Assembly (NCBI GenBank): GCA_051294905.1
Contig: CM119372.1
Location: forward strand, 29,328,001-29,392,000
Source: Botryllus schlosseri
Taxonomy: Eukaryota
Length of the DNA: 64,000 nucleotides
Direction: 5' to 3'
A program made the translations under genes and the position numbers. This document shows, in pieces, positions 62,966 through 64,000 of this stretch (positions are counted from its first letter, which is position 1; each line of letters starts with the position of its first letter). The notes beneath the pieces are model-generated. The model had not been told where the DNA came from, searched no databases, and saw nothing but the letters and a program-made list of their open reading frames with translations.

Positions 62966-62990
62966 TCCTCCCCCCCTTGACCGACAGTAG

Positions 62991-64000
62991 TCAGTCAACA
63001 GGTTCCAACAGATGAATTTTCTGAATGGGACGAGTCAATATACTTTTTGCCGTTTTCAACTTGAGCGTCCTTACAAGGCCATCTTTGCCTTCAATCGTAT
63101 CGATGACTCGTGCCGTGAGCCAACTCGGTCTATTTAGCCCGTCTTCTGCAATAAGGCAAACATCTCCTATCTTCGGGGCTCGTTGCTGAATGTTCCACTT
63201 GTTTCGTCGAAGCAGCGAAGGGAGATACTCCTTGCTCCACCTTGTCCAAAAGTGTTTGAGCAGTGTCTGCAGATATCGGAACCGCTTCGTAATGTTGGCG
63301 CGTGTAGGCAAGTACGGTAGTTGACCGAGCGGACGTCCAATGCAGAGATGAGCCGGCGTAATAGCCTGCGGATTCCGGGAGTCGGCTCCCAAATAGGTCA
63401 GCGGTCTTTGATTGAGTGCGCATTCGATGTCTGTAAGTACGGTATACATTTCAACGTAGGTTAGACTGGCCTTACCCAATATCTTCCGGAGCGGCTCTTT
63501 GAGGGAGCGATTCATTCTCTCGTAGAACGCTCCGCGATGGGGCGCACGCTCTACTATGTACTTCCAGTGAATACCATTGTCGGTCATGAACTTCTGCAAT
63601 TTTTCGTTATCAGCAGTACCTTTGAATAGCGCACGGATGGATAGTCTGATGATCTTCTCAGCCTTCTTGAAGGTTTTCTGGTTGTCGCTGATTATCTCTC
63701 TGCACCAACCTCTTCGGTTCATCATGCGTCTCAATGCAGCTAAGAACTCTTCAGTTGACATACTGTTCGTTAATTCAAAATGAACCATCCTACTGTGGGG
63801 ACAGGTAAACAGACAGATGTACGCCTTCTGCATAGTTTTGGTACCAGTGTCGATATAAACGGGACCCGTGAAATCAAGACCCACTTCTGAAAATGCAGGA
63901 GCTACACAAATTCTTTCTGGGGGCAGTATTCCCATTTTCTGGGTCAAGGGTTTCGTGCGCCAATGTCGACATGTGATACATTTACGTAGGGCTCGCCTAA
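62991..64000 (-). mobile_element. BEL/Pao LTR retrotransposon pol C-terminus (integrase), continuing beyond the window
   Basis: Open frame with CITC zinc motif, GLDFTGP / ISDN / FYERM DDE core and the BEL-type C-terminal FWTRWSKEYL...RNKW...GKDGLVRT...TRPIQKI. Confidence 0.95.

Overview
AT-rich, repeat-dense animal genomic DNA, possibly ascidian (inferred only from gene architecture and splice context). No prokaryotic features, rRNA, true tRNA genes or CRISPR arrays were found, and nearly all ORFs in the supplied track are spurious. (1) One multi-exon host gene on the - strand (53375->32572), assembled by hand from six phase-compatible GT-AG exons. It encodes signal peptide + C-type lectin domain (QPD/WND) + Ig domain + S/T/P-rich tail (~300 aa). 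Its putative last exon is interrupted by a hAT-type MITE that would truncate the protein to ~258 aa. (2) A 7955-bp non-coding element (11776-19730) with Polinton/Maverick hallmarks: AGTAGT...ACTACT ends, 6-bp TSD and near-identical ~1.75-kb TIRs. It is inserted in a tRNA-derived SINE. (3) A BEL/Pao pol/integrase and 3' LTR at the right edge, fused head-to-head to a SAP-domain gag-like ORF, plus an older related LTR pair at 21.8-25.2 kb. (4) R4/Dong-like, L2-like and RTE-like LINE fragments. (5) Many nested non-autonomous hAT elements with 8-bp TSDs. Coordinates were read by eye and may be off by a few bases where stated as approximate.
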